Source: an uncultured virus (IMG/VR IMGVR_UViG_3300028888_003544)
Lineage: Duplodnaviria > Heunggongvirae > Uroviricota > Caudoviricetes
Length of the DNA stretch: 64,000 nucleotides
Direction: 5' to 3' (one strand)
Virus record (IMG/VR): IMGVR_UViG_3300028888_003544
This document shows positions 48,936 to 59,175 of this stretch, piece after piece. Both the position numbers and the translations under genes were made by a program. Below the pieces are notes generated by a model, which worked only from the letters and a program-made list of their open reading frames with translations, was not told the DNA's origin and did no database searches. Positions within the stretch are counted from its first letter, which is position 1. Each line of letters begins with the position of its first letter.

Positions 48936-50285
48936 CTATCGCTTTAATCCCTGAGCCTCTGAACGGACGATACCCTCGGCGAGATCCTTCAGCTCGTTGT
49001 GGGCATCCTTCTGCCAAGCATCGTTCACACCAGCAGCCTTCAACTGCGATTCGGCCTTCTCCCACAGTCCGTCAAACACCTTCGCACGCTCGTCAGGTGT
49101 CTCAGCACCGGCAGCGAAGTCGTTGAGCGTCTTCAACTGCTCAGGCGAGAAGTTGCGGGCGGTGGAGTCAGAGGCACGATCGACGATGGCCTTCACGGCA
49201 GCATCCTCCTTGGCATTGACCTCCTGCTTCTGACCAGGACCAACAATGTCGAGTGCCTTCTTGTGGAAGTCTCGGTTGGCAGCAGCCACCTGTTCGAGAG
49301 TGGCGAGACGATTCTTGACAGCCGTGGTCTCATTGACTGAAAGGAGGCTGACGCACTCGATGCCGTTCACCTTACCACTGAGCCATACACGGTCGGGGTT
49401 GTCCTTGGCAGCTGAATAGCGCAGACTGGTGACGTTGGCGGCGCTGGGCAACTTGAACTTGCTCCAGTCTACTTTCTGGGCAGCGTCGAGCTTCTCGCCG
49501 TTGGTCTGACGCTGGGCCTGTACGCGCTGCTCCATGCGTCCAGCGATGTCGGCCATCGTCATCGGCTTGCCAACAGACTTCACCTGGTCTTTCTCGTCGA
49601 GCGTCACCTCGGCACGATGACGGAGAGAGGCCAAATCCTCAGCATTCATGATGCCATAGAAACGGGATTCCTTGTTGCCCTTCTCGCCAAAGGCCAACTG
49701 CCACTTACCTACGAGGCCCTCAGAGCCTTTCACCGCCATATCCTTAGCATCGGGGGTCATCGAGGCAATCAGGTTGGCACGCTGCTCCCTGTTCATGTGG
49801 TCAACGTCCACGCCGTCCTTGCGGAGGGCATTCAGGAGGAGGGTGTCCTCGGTGATCTTCTCGATGGTGATGTAGTTCACGTCACGACCATTGATGTTGG
49901 CGTTCTTCTGATGGAAGGCAGCATCATCGACGTGCATGGGATAGGCGGTCTTTACCGCAAACTCCTTGGCCTGAACGGGGTCTTTGGCATACAAGTCCTG
50001 ATAGGTCTTGGCCTGTTCTGGAGTCAGCTGGCGTGACATCTGGGTACGCATACCCGCACGCTTCTCCTCGGGGGTCTTACCGTCAGGGTTCAGCTTACCG
50101 TAATCGACCTGTACCATCGTGGCGTCGTCCTTCTGGAACACGCGGATGCGGTCGATGGTGTTGCCCTCGGTGGTGGTAACCTTCGCTTTAGCGGTCTTTT
50201 CATTGTTCTCATTCTGGTTCTCGACCTGAGAACCCTCTGCTGCAGCAGCCTTGGGCTGTGCGTTTTCTGTTTTCACTTTTGCCAT
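48936..50285 (-). CDS. Hypothetical protein, first gene of a ~15-kb operon
   Basis: 449 aa, ends GLKR. Confidence 0.75.
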   Translation of the reverse strand: MAKVKTENAQPKAAAAEGSQVENQNENNEKTAKAKVTTTEGNTIDRIRVFQKDDATMVQVDYGKLNPDGKTPEEKRAGMRTQMSRQLTPEQAKTYQDLYAKDPVQAKEFAVKTAYPMHVDDAAFHQKNANINGRDVNYITIEKITEDTLLLNALRKDGVDVDHMNREQRANLIASMTPDAKDMAVKGSEGLVGKWQLAFGEKGNKESRFYGIMNAEDLASLRHRAEVTLDEKDQVKSVGKPMTMADIAGRMEQRVQAQRQTNGEKLDAAQKVDWSKFKLPSAANVTSLRYSAAKDNPDRVWLSGKVNGIECVSLLSVNETTAVKNRLATLEQVAAANRDFHKKALDIVGPGQKQEVNAKEDAAVKAIVDRASDSTARNFSPEQLKTLNDFAAGAETPDERAKVFDGLWEKAESQLKAAGVNDAWQKDAHNELKDLAEGIVRSEAQGLKR

Positions 50286-50395
50286 TGTGCTATAATTTAG
50301 TTTTTGTGTTGGTTATAAACTGAGGGGATTTCCCTCATCGGTCGGCAAAAGTACAGCATTGCTCTGGCATCGGCAGTCTCGGAAAATTATCTTGC

Positions 50396-50412
50396 GTGAA
50401 TTAACGATTCAC
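50396..50412 (-). promoter_or_regulatory. Third GTGA-N3-GTTAATTCAC box
   Basis: GTTAATTCACG-N16-GACTGCC-N18-TACTTTTG, the same layout as the 34549 promoter. Confidence 0.7.
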
Positions 50413-50525
50413 TATCGAATTGTTGTTGGTTTCGTGTGTTTTTGGCGGTTTTTCATGTTCATAGAGGTGCTATATCGATAACTATTCGTATCTTTCCTCT
50501 ATAAACTTGAAAACAAATTGCCCCG

Positions 50526-50733
50526 CCAAGCTAATATCGGTACAGTCTGCAGTTTCTAAGCGAGACAAGAATCTGACACGGCAACCTCTCAGTTTCCATG
50601 TTTTGAATAATACTTTCCTCTTCGAGCTGTCGGCTCAAACTGGCTTTCATTGCCGCCCATGTCACTGGTTAATTTGCAGACGGGGTATAATCCACCACAA
50701 AGATAATAGCCTTGCCGTGGGCGGTATATTGTG
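50526..50733 (-). ncRNA. Candidate bridge/seek RNA in the 3' non-coding end
   Basis: Structured ~210-nt region containing short matches to both IS junctions. Confidence 0.55.
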
Positions 50734-51897
50734 TCACCCGTTGCTTTCGCTGACGGATGTCTCACAATCGTTTTTGACAGAGAAGTCCTTGTAGTCGGTC
50801 TCGTCGTGAAGCACATGCCATATGGCTATGAGCAGTTTGCGTGCTACAGCAACGAGGACTTTCATCTTGTTCTTCTTGCGGACTTGTGTCTGATGGTAGG
50901 AGAATCGGCTGAAGAAGCAGTCCTTTGTACGGCTTGCTCCCCAGGCACACTCGATGATGGTCTTGCGCAGGAAAATATTGCCGTGAGTGATTCTGCGTGA
51001 CTTGATTTTCTTGTTGGACTCGTCATTACGTGGCTTCAGTCCGCTCCAGGATGCGAGGTGTGCGGCGGTTTGGAATTTGGTCATGTCGACTCCGATCTCT
51101 GCGATCAATGATGTGGCGGCACGTTCCCCGATGCCCGGTATGGTCATCAGCCTTCTGAGTTCCTCAGGATAGTAAGTTCTGCAGACATGCGACATCTTGT
51201 CCATGCACTCCTGCTTGTGTCTCTCGGCGAGATCCAGCTCGTCCCTGAGCTGGCGCATTGTGTCCTTCTCCGCATCAGAGACTACTCCCGTGAGTGCTGC
51301 CAGGATGGTTTCCCTGCCGTGTCGGTTGGTGATGCGACTATAGATCTCCTTGATGAGCTCCTCTGGGTCGGTGACTCCCTCACAGAGTTTTCTCACCACA
51401 TTCTTGTAGCTCTTGGTGTCTGTGTTTGACACATAGTTGCTCAGCCGGATGTTGCAGCGCTGCATCACTGCGTCGAGCTTGGCCAGCTTGCGCACAATCT
51501 CTGCGTCAAGGTCGAAGATACGGCGGTCATACTGCCGCAGTTGCTGTATACGCTCCGGTGGCACGAAGCTGCCCCGCACCAGATCCTTCAGCGTACACTC
51601 CGCTATCCACTGGGCATCTTTCACATCGCTCTTGCGGCCAGGCAATTGCTTGATGAAATAGGGATTGACGAGCTTCAGATGGAAATGCGGCTCAAGCACG
51701 CGCCAAACTGGTATCCAGTAAACAGCCGTACTCTCCATCGTCACCTCACTCACACCATGCGACTGCATCATCCGGCGCATTTCACGCAACTGATGTGTTA
51801 AAACTCCGAAAACTTTCTCAATAATCTCGCCCGTTTCGCACAGAATACAAAGAAATACACTATCTTTGTGCACGTCAAGGCCACATACTGCTCTCAT
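50734..51897 (-). CDS. IS110 transposase/recombinase
   Basis: GLDVHK, MESTAVYW, KSDVKDA (DEDD); TIPGIG, SGLKP..DES. Confidence 0.95.
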   Translation of the reverse strand: MRAVCGLDVHKDSVFLCILCETGEIIEKVFGVLTHQLREMRRMMQSHGVSEVTMESTAVYWIPVWRVLEPHFHLKLVNPYFIKQLPGRKSDVKDAQWIAECTLKDLVRGSFVPPERIQQLRQYDRRIFDLDAEIVRKLAKLDAVMQRCNIRLSNYVSNTDTKSYKNVVRKLCEGVTDPEELIKEIYSRITNRHGRETILAALTGVVSDAEKDTMRQLRDELDLAERHKQECMDKMSHVCRTYYPEELRRLMTIPGIGERAATSLIAEIGVDMTKFQTAAHLASWSGLKPRNDESNKKIKSRRITHGNIFLRKTIIECAWGASRTKDCFFSRFSYHQTQVRKKNKMKVLVAVARKLLIAIWHVLHDETDYKDFSVKNDCETSVSESNG

Positions 51898-52090
51898 AAG
51901 CCTAAAAAATTAGAGGGTTAATAAATGAGACCTCAAATATAGCAAATAATTGTGACTTAGAGCACGTAAAAGGATAGGATTGAGCGTATGGAGGCCTTGA
52001 TTTCTAACTTTTCGGGGCAATTTGTTTCAGTTTTTATCTCAACTGGCTTATAATCTCGGAAATTTTATTTAAATTTGCACGAGATTTTGG

Positions 52091-53185
52091 ATGCTGATGA
52101 AAGTCATTCATGTGGATATGGACCAGTTTTTCGCGGCTGTAGAGCAGCGAGAAAATCCTGAACTTCGTGGCAAGCCGATAGCGGTGGGACACGATGCCGA
52201 ACGGGGTGTGGTATCAACAGCCAGCTACGAAGCACGGCGGTTTGGCGTGCATTCGGCGCAGTCCATTCAGGTGGCCAAGCGGCTGTGTCCGCAACTGATA
52301 ATCGTGGAGCCGCACTTCCAAAAATATAAGGAGGTGTCGGCACAGTTGCATGAGATATTCCATGACTATACCTACCTGATAGAGCCTATATCCCTCGACG
52401 AAGCCTTTCTTGATGTGACAGAGAATAAGAAAGGGATTGAGTTGGGTGTGGATATTGCGCGGGAAATCAAGCAGCGCATCCGTGAGACCACTGGACTGAC
52501 AGCATCGGCTGGTGTGAGCTACTGCAAGTTCCTGGCGAAGATTGCCTCCGACTGGCGCAAACCCGACGGGCTGACGGTGATTCATCCTGACAGGGCATTG
52601 GACTTCATCGCACAACTGAAGATAGAGAAGATTTGGGGTGTAGGCCAAAAGACTGCCGAGAAGATGCACCGCATGGGTATCTTCACGGGTCTTGACCTGA
52701 GAAACATGTCGCTAAGCCGACTGACGCGGGAGTTCGGCAAGATGGGCCAGGTGTTCTATGACTTCTCTCGTGGCATCGACAATCGGCCTGTTATCAGCGA
52801 ATGGGAGCGGAAGAGTGTCAGCTGTGAGCAGACATTTGAGTCGGACATTAGTGAGAATGCTGCCGTCACCATCCATCTGTATCATACGGTGCTGGAGCTG
52901 GTCAGACGCATAGAAAAGAACGCCTTTGAGGGTCGTACCTTAACGCTGAAGGTAAAGTTCCTGGACTTCCAGCAAATCACCCGAAGCATCACCGTTGACC
53001 ACATCCTCCGCACCAAAGATGAGATCCTGCCGTTAGCCAAACAGCTAATGCAGCAAGTGGAGTTCCACTCCCACCCCATCCGACTGTTAGGCTTGGGCGT
53101 TTCCAATCAAAAGAGCGCCACCCCACAGGAGGAGCCGCAATGGATTGAGCTGGAATTAGAATTTGAGCCGTGGCCAGAGGTATAA
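52091..53185 (+). CDS. dinB: DNA polymerase IV
   Basis: IHVDMDQFFAAVE, SYEAR, SLDEAFLD, KFLAKIASD..KP. Confidence 0.95.
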   Translation: MLMKVIHVDMDQFFAAVEQRENPELRGKPIAVGHDAERGVVSTASYEARRFGVHSAQSIQVAKRLCPQLIIVEPHFQKYKEVSAQLHEIFHDYTYLIEPISLDEAFLDVTENKKGIELGVDIAREIKQRIRETTGLTASAGVSYCKFLAKIASDWRKPDGLTVIHPDRALDFIAQLKIEKIWGVGQKTAEKMHRMGIFTGLDLRNMSLSRLTREFGKMGQVFYDFSRGIDNRPVISEWERKSVSCEQTFESDISENAAVTIHLYHTVLELVRRIEKNAFEGRTLTLKVKFLDFQQITRSITVDHILRTKDEILPLAKQLMQQVEFHSHPIRLLGLGVSNQKSATPQEEPQWIELELEFEPWPEV

Positions 53186-53196
53186 CAAAAGAAAAG

Positions 53197-53772
53197 ATGG
53201 CAATCAAGGTAACATACAGACGGACAAGCAGGTTGTCGATGCGCATCGTAAAGAATGGCGATGTGCATGTGTCGGCACCTATCGGAATGCCCCGCGAGAA
53301 GGTGATAGCGTTCATCGAGGAGCACAAGGACTGGATTGAACAGGCGAGAAAAAAGACGTATGAGCGTCAGAAGCAGCGGGCAGAGTTCTACAACAAACTG
53401 CCACTGACCACTCGCGCCCAAGCCGACGAAGCATTGAAACGGTTGAAGGCGCTGGTGGAACCGATGATGGAAAAACATGCCAAGGAAATGGGAGTTAAAC
53501 CAAGCATCGTCTATTACAAGCCCACCATCTCGCGCTGGGGCCAGTGCAACGTGAAAGACCGTAGCATTTGTATCTCTGCCTACGTCCTACTGTTGCCGGA
53601 ATGGTGCGTCGAGCATGTAGTGGTTCACGAATTATGCCACCTCTTGGAACCAAGCCACAATGCCCGATTCCATGCCCTCATGGACAAGTATTTCCCCCGT
53701 TGGCGCGAGGCCCGTAAGGAAACACATAGGATATGCAGGTTAGAAGAGGATGAAGAAGATGAAAGTAAGTAA
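53197..53772 (+). CDS. YgjP/DUF45 M48-like metalloprotein
   Basis: RWGQC, VVHELCHL..PSHNARF. Confidence 0.85.
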   Translation: MAIKVTYRRTSRLSMRIVKNGDVHVSAPIGMPREKVIAFIEEHKDWIEQARKKTYERQKQRAEFYNKLPLTTRAQADEALKRLKALVEPMMEKHAKEMGVKPSIVYYKPTISRWGQCNVKDRSICISAYVLLLPEWCVEHVVVHELCHLLEPSHNARFHALMDKYFPRWREARKETHRICRLEEDEEDESK

Positions 53773-53940
53773 ACTCAAGTATCACGTTTTCTTAAATTCT
53801 TTGGAGTTATGAAGTTAAGGTGTTATGTCATAACACCAGCATTGTGTCACGGGACAGATGACATTTATTTTTATGTGGATCAGAAGGAAACTGCAGATTA
53901 GAATGAAATCCTATAATCTAAGCTTGATATAACCATTGAT

Positions 53941-54408
53941 CTATTTATTTAAAGAGCTTCCAACGTTTTGTCTTGATTCCAGAACTTCTTGTTGCAAATG
54001 CTTCTGCTCATATTTACAAAGGATGGCCATATTATCCCGACCCACTTTATCCAAACATTCCGCCATAGCTTTAAGAGCATAACACCTCTGATAAGTATAT
54101 TTCTTTTCGTATATTTCCAGAATCCGATACATCGGCAACACTTGTTCAAGCAGATGTAATGCTTTGGCATACTCTCCCCTTTTCATATATATTCTTGAGA
54201 GATTGTCCATTGGTGCAGCATATTGATCGAGTTCTAAGGGAACAAAACCACGCGTACCATCATCTACAAGGTCGTAAAGGTAGTTTTTTATATCATTCTC
54301 ACATATGACAACCATTTCCTTGTATATTTCAAATTCTTCATCAGAATCTACCTCACTATGCTCAAGGGCATCATACAAATCTCGATAGTTTTTTTCTACC
54401 ATCATCAT
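53941..54408 (-). CDS. TPR-like protein
   Basis: NLSRIYMKRGEYAKAL. Confidence 0.6.
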   Translation of the reverse strand: MMMVEKNYRDLYDALEHSEVDSDEEFEIYKEMVVICENDIKNYLYDLVDDGTRGFVPLELDQYAAPMDNLSRIYMKRGEYAKALHLLEQVLPMYRILEIYEKKYTYQRCYALKAMAECLDKVGRDNMAILCKYEQKHLQQEVLESRQNVGSSLNK

Positions 54409-54435
54409 TATATCTATAACAGCATTTTTGATGTA

Positions 54436-55155
54436 TCATATTAATCCATGCGTTGTTAGATGGTCCCTAATTTCTTTTGCTATATCTGCTATTATTCCAT
54501 AATCAAAAAGATTACTTAGCTGTCGGGTATGTATAACTAATTTCTTTCCATCGTCACCATGATGTGTGTAAAACCAATGCCCGGATTTATAACTATCTTT
54601 ATGTTCTCCTCTTGGTTTACCCTTTGAATCAGGCTTAATATCATACTCCACACCAAAAGACTTATTAATTAAGAAACCTCTTTCTTCATCGTTTGTAATA
54701 AAGTTTCCACATGCCAATAATATAACTGGAAAACTCTTTATGAACTCTGATTTTTTAAAAAAACGAAGTCTCTCATCTATATTCTTGATGGTTTCATTAT
54801 CTAGTTCTGCCTGTGGGCGAAACATTGTGTTGAGTTCTGTAGTAAAAGCGTATTCCTCAAAACCATACACAGTAGGGTTAAATTCCTTTTGTGGAAATAC
54901 TTGTTCAATCATTTTTTGATAATTATTCCACGTAGGATTTCTTTTACGGACACCCTTTCCAAAATTATTATTTTTGCAAAGATCATAATCTTCTTGTAAC
55001 AGGAGACGTATATCCCCTGGATCTGCGATCAAGCTCTCTTTATAAGGTTCTTTTCCAACAATTAGAATGTGAGAATTAGGATTTCCCAGTCCACACCACT
55101 CATTACGATTCTGACATTCTACTAAAAACTCTTCAAACAGTTTCTTTTTTTCCAT
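54436..55155 (-). CDS. Hypothetical protein with UDG-like N-terminus
   Basis: GLGNPNSHILIVGKEP. Confidence 0.6.
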   Translation of the reverse strand: MEKKKLFEEFLVECQNRNEWCGLGNPNSHILIVGKEPYKESLIADPGDIRLLLQEDYDLCKNNNFGKGVRKRNPTWNNYQKMIEQVFPQKEFNPTVYGFEEYAFTTELNTMFRPQAELDNETIKNIDERLRFFKKSEFIKSFPVILLACGNFITNDEERGFLINKSFGVEYDIKPDSKGKPRGEHKDSYKSGHWFYTHHGDDGKKLVIHTRQLSNLFDYGIIADIAKEIRDHLTTHGLI

Positions 55156-55220
55156 AATTTCCTGTTATAGATTACGTGTTTGCAAATATAGTGAATATTT
55201 GGGATATAACAAATTGTTTT

Positions 55221-55739
55221 TCAAAAAAGAAGCACGGTATCACGCAAAAACCAATTCAATAGCAGCTTATTGCCACAGAATATGGGTCTTGAAACTATAT
55301 CGAATGAGTAAGTGCAGAACATCACTCTTTCAATCATTGTGTCCTGTGAAAAAACTTGTGCAACAAACATTCGCTGCAAATTATCCTCAACGGTACATTC
55401 AGAAATCCATTTCATTCCAAACAACTTCGCTGGATCGTGTTCCTGCAAATGGTTGCCATCAGGGAATATGTACTGAATAACTTGGAAACGCTCAAAGAAA
55501 GGATCTTTCAGTAATTCCTCGTCATAGACAACATAATAACAATATAATTGAACATCAATATTCTTATTTTTTGAAGAACCAGGAAAGTCTCTAAATAGTC
55601 TCTTCAGATACTTAAAATCTATATCCTCGTTCCCTTCTTTTTGCGTGACAACCAGAATTTTCGCATCAGGATTGCCACAACCAACATTCTTATTGGGGAA
55701 CCTTTCCCCCAGTCTATTAAGTTCATCATTATTTGCCAT
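55221..55739 (-). CDS. Hypothetical protein related to the 54436 ORF
   Basis: GCGNPDAKILVVTQKE. Confidence 0.55.
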   Translation of the reverse strand: MANNDELNRLGERFPNKNVGCGNPDAKILVVTQKEGNEDIDFKYLKRLFRDFPGSSKNKNIDVQLYCYYVVYDEELLKDPFFERFQVIQYIFPDGNHLQEHDPAKLFGMKWISECTVEDNLQRMFVAQVFSQDTMIERVMFCTYSFDIVSRPIFCGNKLLLNWFLRDTVLLF

Positions 55740-55805
55740 AACTCTTTCATTTTTGATGGCAAAGATATGGAGGCAATATGCAACATGATTGCATATCAGA
55801 AAGAA

Positions 55806-56714
55806 TTATTCATAAAAATCGTGCATTTCTTGAATAATGGCCTTGATTTGCTGACGGAAGGAATCTGGCGAGAGTACTTCCAACTGGTTCCCATGACTCA
55901 AGATCTCCTGAATAAAATCGTAGGTTGGTGCTATCTTATATTCAAAAATGGTATACTCAGCTTTTGACTCTATTTCACGCTGGCTATGATGCAAAGGAAG
56001 TGAACGCAGATAATGCGGTTTCTCGCGATAGGTCTTCAATCGTATAGTCATAGGCTTCGCATCATGGAATACGCCATAATAATCTGTGTAATAATCTTGG
56101 GGCGAGTAATCCTTTGGGTAGTTAAACTTGGATTCCATGACCTCCACGCGTTTGATGCGATCAAGTCCAAAGCGGTAAATCTCTTTCCCTGGCAATACAA
56201 GCGCCATCACATACCAACGACGTTTGAACAACCTGATGAAGTAAGGATTAACCTTTAATCCCTGAACAGTATTGCCAAAGAAATCTTCATAATCAATCAC
56301 TATTTGGCGATTATCACGCATCGCAGTTGTAATGATTTCGAGGTAATACCTCCCAGATGGTACATCCTCCAACATGATCCTATCGCTAATAGAACGGTTA
56401 TCCATCAAGAGATTACTAACAGCAAAGGAATCGAGCAGCCATTGGTTGATGGAATCATTCTCCAGCGCATCAGGGTTATCAATATAATATAGGTTAGAAC
56501 CTCTCTGACACTCTATTACCACCCCAAACTGCATCAGGATCGCATTTCGATGATTATGGAAAGTTCGCAATTTCAGAGGCTGGTGCAGATCATTGATATA
56601 TGCATTATCCCATTTGCGGGCAATATCCTCAAACGAAATCTTGCCAGCATCATAGATTGTGGAAATCAACCACATGTATTTTGCGTATAACCTATCAGTC
56701 ATGTTTTTATCCAC
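55806..56714 (-). CDS. WYL-domain regulator
   Basis: RTFHNHR, PYFIRLFKRRWY, LDRI, YLRSLPLHHSQ. Confidence 0.9.
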   Translation of the reverse strand: MDKNMTDRLYAKYMWLISTIYDAGKISFEDIARKWDNAYINDLHQPLKLRTFHNHRNAILMQFGVVIECQRGSNLYYIDNPDALENDSINQWLLDSFAVSNLLMDNRSISDRIMLEDVPSGRYYLEIITTAMRDNRQIVIDYEDFFGNTVQGLKVNPYFIRLFKRRWYVMALVLPGKEIYRFGLDRIKRVEVMESKFNYPKDYSPQDYYTDYYGVFHDAKPMTIRLKTYREKPHYLRSLPLHHSQREIESKAEYTIFEYKIAPTYDFIQEILSHGNQLEVLSPDSFRQQIKAIIQEMHDFYE

Positions 56715-56814
56715 TTAAATATGAGCACAAAATTACAAAAATTACTGATAATTCATCAACTTTGCAAAATGTTTTGATAATTATTAAGGTATGCCAGATA
56801 AAATGCACACGTAA

Positions 56815-57609
56815 TTATTTCTCTTTGTTGTTTATAAAAATTGGAAGATCATCATATCGTGGTTCGCCTTTCAACACTTTAAGTGCAATGTCCTGCCAAG
56901 TCTTGCACTTGAAATAGGGTGCATGAGCCATTTTGATATGCAAGTTGCGGACATTGATATTATAGGGAAATGCAAGCATTGCACAACGTTCGCCTATCTT
57001 CGCGTCCATGTTATCATAGTCCAAATCATAAAAAACATTTCCAATGATAACTACTTTATTGGTATATCGCATTTGGATAGGACAATTGTCAAGTACGTAA
57101 TAATAGTCATCATTACCCTCCCCAAAGTTGTTGACCCCAGCAATAAAAGTGTATCCCTTATAATTCTTGTTTGGATGTCTTGCTCTACTCTTCTCACCAT
57201 TGGAAATGATATTCGTGTTCATTATGGCCGTTGCTTTTACTACGTCGCCAGTGTATATTTTCTTGCCTTTATCATCTCGATAACCAGTATAGAAGCCTGC
57301 GAACATGACAGGAAATATGTTGATAGGTTCGAACATATGCAAATTTCCCAATGAACCGTAAAGGTCGAAATCATCCAACGTCAAATGCTCTTTCAATGTT
57401 TTCCTTTGGGTCCAATAATACATTTGATCGTGATAAAAGAACAAATCGTAGATGCTGGTATATCCAAAACTACCATCTTCGTTGATAAACCTGACTTCCA
57501 CATCCTCGCCATAGTGCTCGATCTCATCTTCTGCTCCTAAAGAGCATAATTCTAAGAACCCGTTGCACATCTTTTTCAACTCTTCCAAACTTAAAACTCT
57601 TGCTTTCAT
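56815..57609 (-). CDS. Hypothetical protein with YopX-like region
   Basis: YTGYRDDKGKKIYTGDVV...VIIGNVF. Confidence 0.6.
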   Translation of the reverse strand: MKARVLSLEELKKMCNGFLELCSLGAEDEIEHYGEDVEVRFINEDGSFGYTSIYDLFFYHDQMYYWTQRKTLKEHLTLDDFDLYGSLGNLHMFEPINIFPVMFAGFYTGYRDDKGKKIYTGDVVKATAIMNTNIISNGEKSRARHPNKNYKGYTFIAGVNNFGEGNDDYYYVLDNCPIQMRYTNKVVIIGNVFYDLDYDNMDAKIGERCAMLAFPYNINVRNLHIKMAHAPYFKCKTWQDIALKVLKGEPRYDDLPIFINNKEK

Positions 57610-57683
57610 ACTTCACCCTTTTTTCGTTTGACAGTACAAAAGTAAGAGTAGATGTGGCAAAAACGTTGCACAGTGGGGAATAA

Positions 57684-58496
57684 TTATCTGAATATTTTTA
57701 ATATTTCCTCATATTTACCATCTTCAAAATTTGCTGGTGTGATATATTGGCTAATCATACTTGATGGCTTTTTCTCTACAATATTAAACTCATCAAAGAA
57801 TTTCTGTGACAATAGTTTTGTCCATTCCTTTTTCGCTCTCATTATAAGAAAACACACTTTATCTCTACGACTCTCAGCAATATGCCAAAGCATTTTCTTT
57901 AGATAATCCTGTGACTCTAACTTGTCGCCTTTGCGGGGAAACACTCGTCCTGAAGTTTGAGAAGTATATCCATGATACTCCACAAGTGCAATTCGTCGAT
58001 AGAATTCTTTTTCACTAAGACCTGTGTCCATTCTGAGCTGTTTCAGCATTTTTACCCAATACCAATCACCAAGCATATTTACAGCCTCATTACAGGTAAT
58101 ACAGCAATCCTCATTTTTCTCATCTTCGGGCAAGAAAGCCTCTGCCTCCAGACGAAGTGTTTGGGCTTTATATTCTATTAGTTGACGCCGTACTGTCTCG
58201 TTGGTTTGCATAAGCAACGCCAGCGTTTTGTTAACTTCTGGAACATAACCAGGATTTAGACTTAATATAATTAGACGAGCTTTGAGTGGATTTCCCCACC
58301 ATGGTTCTGCTGGGATCTTAGTGATTATCTCGTCTGTTGTACCATTCGCTTTCTTATTGTAGTTTTCAATTGCGTCCCTATCACCTTCACAGAAATAGTT
58401 GTTTTCTCCGTAAAGACAATCCATTTTATTAGGTGAATACATTTTCGCAACCTCCAACCAGGGATTTTCGGTTATTTTAAACTGCTTTTCTGCCAT
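57684..58496 (-). CDS. Hypothetical protein, possible UDG-like fold
   Basis: PEPWWGNP..ARLIILSLNPG-like motif. Confidence 0.55.
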   Translation of the reverse strand: MAEKQFKITENPWLEVAKMYSPNKMDCLYGENNYFCEGDRDAIENYNKKANGTTDEIITKIPAEPWWGNPLKARLIILSLNPGYVPEVNKTLALLMQTNETVRRQLIEYKAQTLRLEAEAFLPEDEKNEDCCITCNEAVNMLGDWYWVKMLKQLRMDTGLSEKEFYRRIALVEYHGYTSQTSGRVFPRKGDKLESQDYLKKMLWHIAESRRDKVCFLIMRAKKEWTKLLSQKFFDEFNIVEKKPSSMISQYITPANFEDGKYEEILKIFR

Positions 58497-58647
58497 ATTA
58501 CAAATATTTAATTTTGGTGCAAAGATACGAAATATTTGTCATTTTTCTATCCTTTCCCTTTTTATCTCCCCCAAAAATCCTTATTTTCATCTTAACAATT
58601 ATGTTTGTCGTTTTTTATAATCTTGAATCAACTTAAATTTCTCCAGA

Positions 58648-59175
58648 TTATCCTGTAGGGTTCCTTTTATGATAATCAATTTTTTTTCGCCTATCATCTG
58701 GCCAAAAGTTTAGAATTGCATTTAAGCACGAATGTCGTACAACTAAATAAAGAACATTTAAGTCATCATTATGAAGTTCATTTCTGCCAATATAGTTCTT
58801 GGTTAATACAGTAACCAATATATCCCATTCGTCATCATCGTCAAAATCAATGGTATCAATATACAGTTCATGTGCCAATTTCTTCATTTCTGAAACCATA
58901 GAATTAGTATCATACTTAGGCAACAGTAGAAATAGTTTTTCGAGTATCTTTATGACATCTTCTGGAGAATAGAATCGATAATCAATCAACCAATAGGCAT
59001 CTACCCAATCACAATAAACATGATGAGAATTATATTCTGATTTACCAATATAGAAAATACGATCATCTTTAATAAGACGTATGCCACTGAATCCTTTATT
59101 GATGAAGTCCATTTTAACTTCAGCAATTCCATCCATCTTTATAATCATTTCTTTTACTATCTCTATCTTGCTCAT
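58648..59175 (-). CDS. Hypothetical protein
   Basis: Start at MSKIE; divergent from the WYL gene. Confidence 0.55.
   Translation of the reverse strand: MSKIEIVKEMIIKMDGIAEVKMDFINKGFSGIRLIKDDRIFYIGKSEYNSHHVYCDWVDAYWLIDYRFYSPEDVIKILEKLFLLLPKYDTNSMVSEMKKLAHELYIDTIDFDDDDEWDILVTVLTKNYIGRNELHNDDLNVLYLVVRHSCLNAILNFWPDDRRKKIDYHKRNPTG

Larger units (their letters stand above)
50494..52049 (-). mobile_element. IS110-family (IS1111-type) insertion sequence
   Basis: 15-bp sub-terminal IRs AAACAAATTGCCCCG (50511-50525 / 52013-52027); exact ends inferred from a TT core. Confidence 0.8.

Noticed and set aside
56760..56812. Additional KGCAA-N5-TTGCA sites upstream of the 55806 WYL gene
   Set aside because: Only partial matches with different spacing
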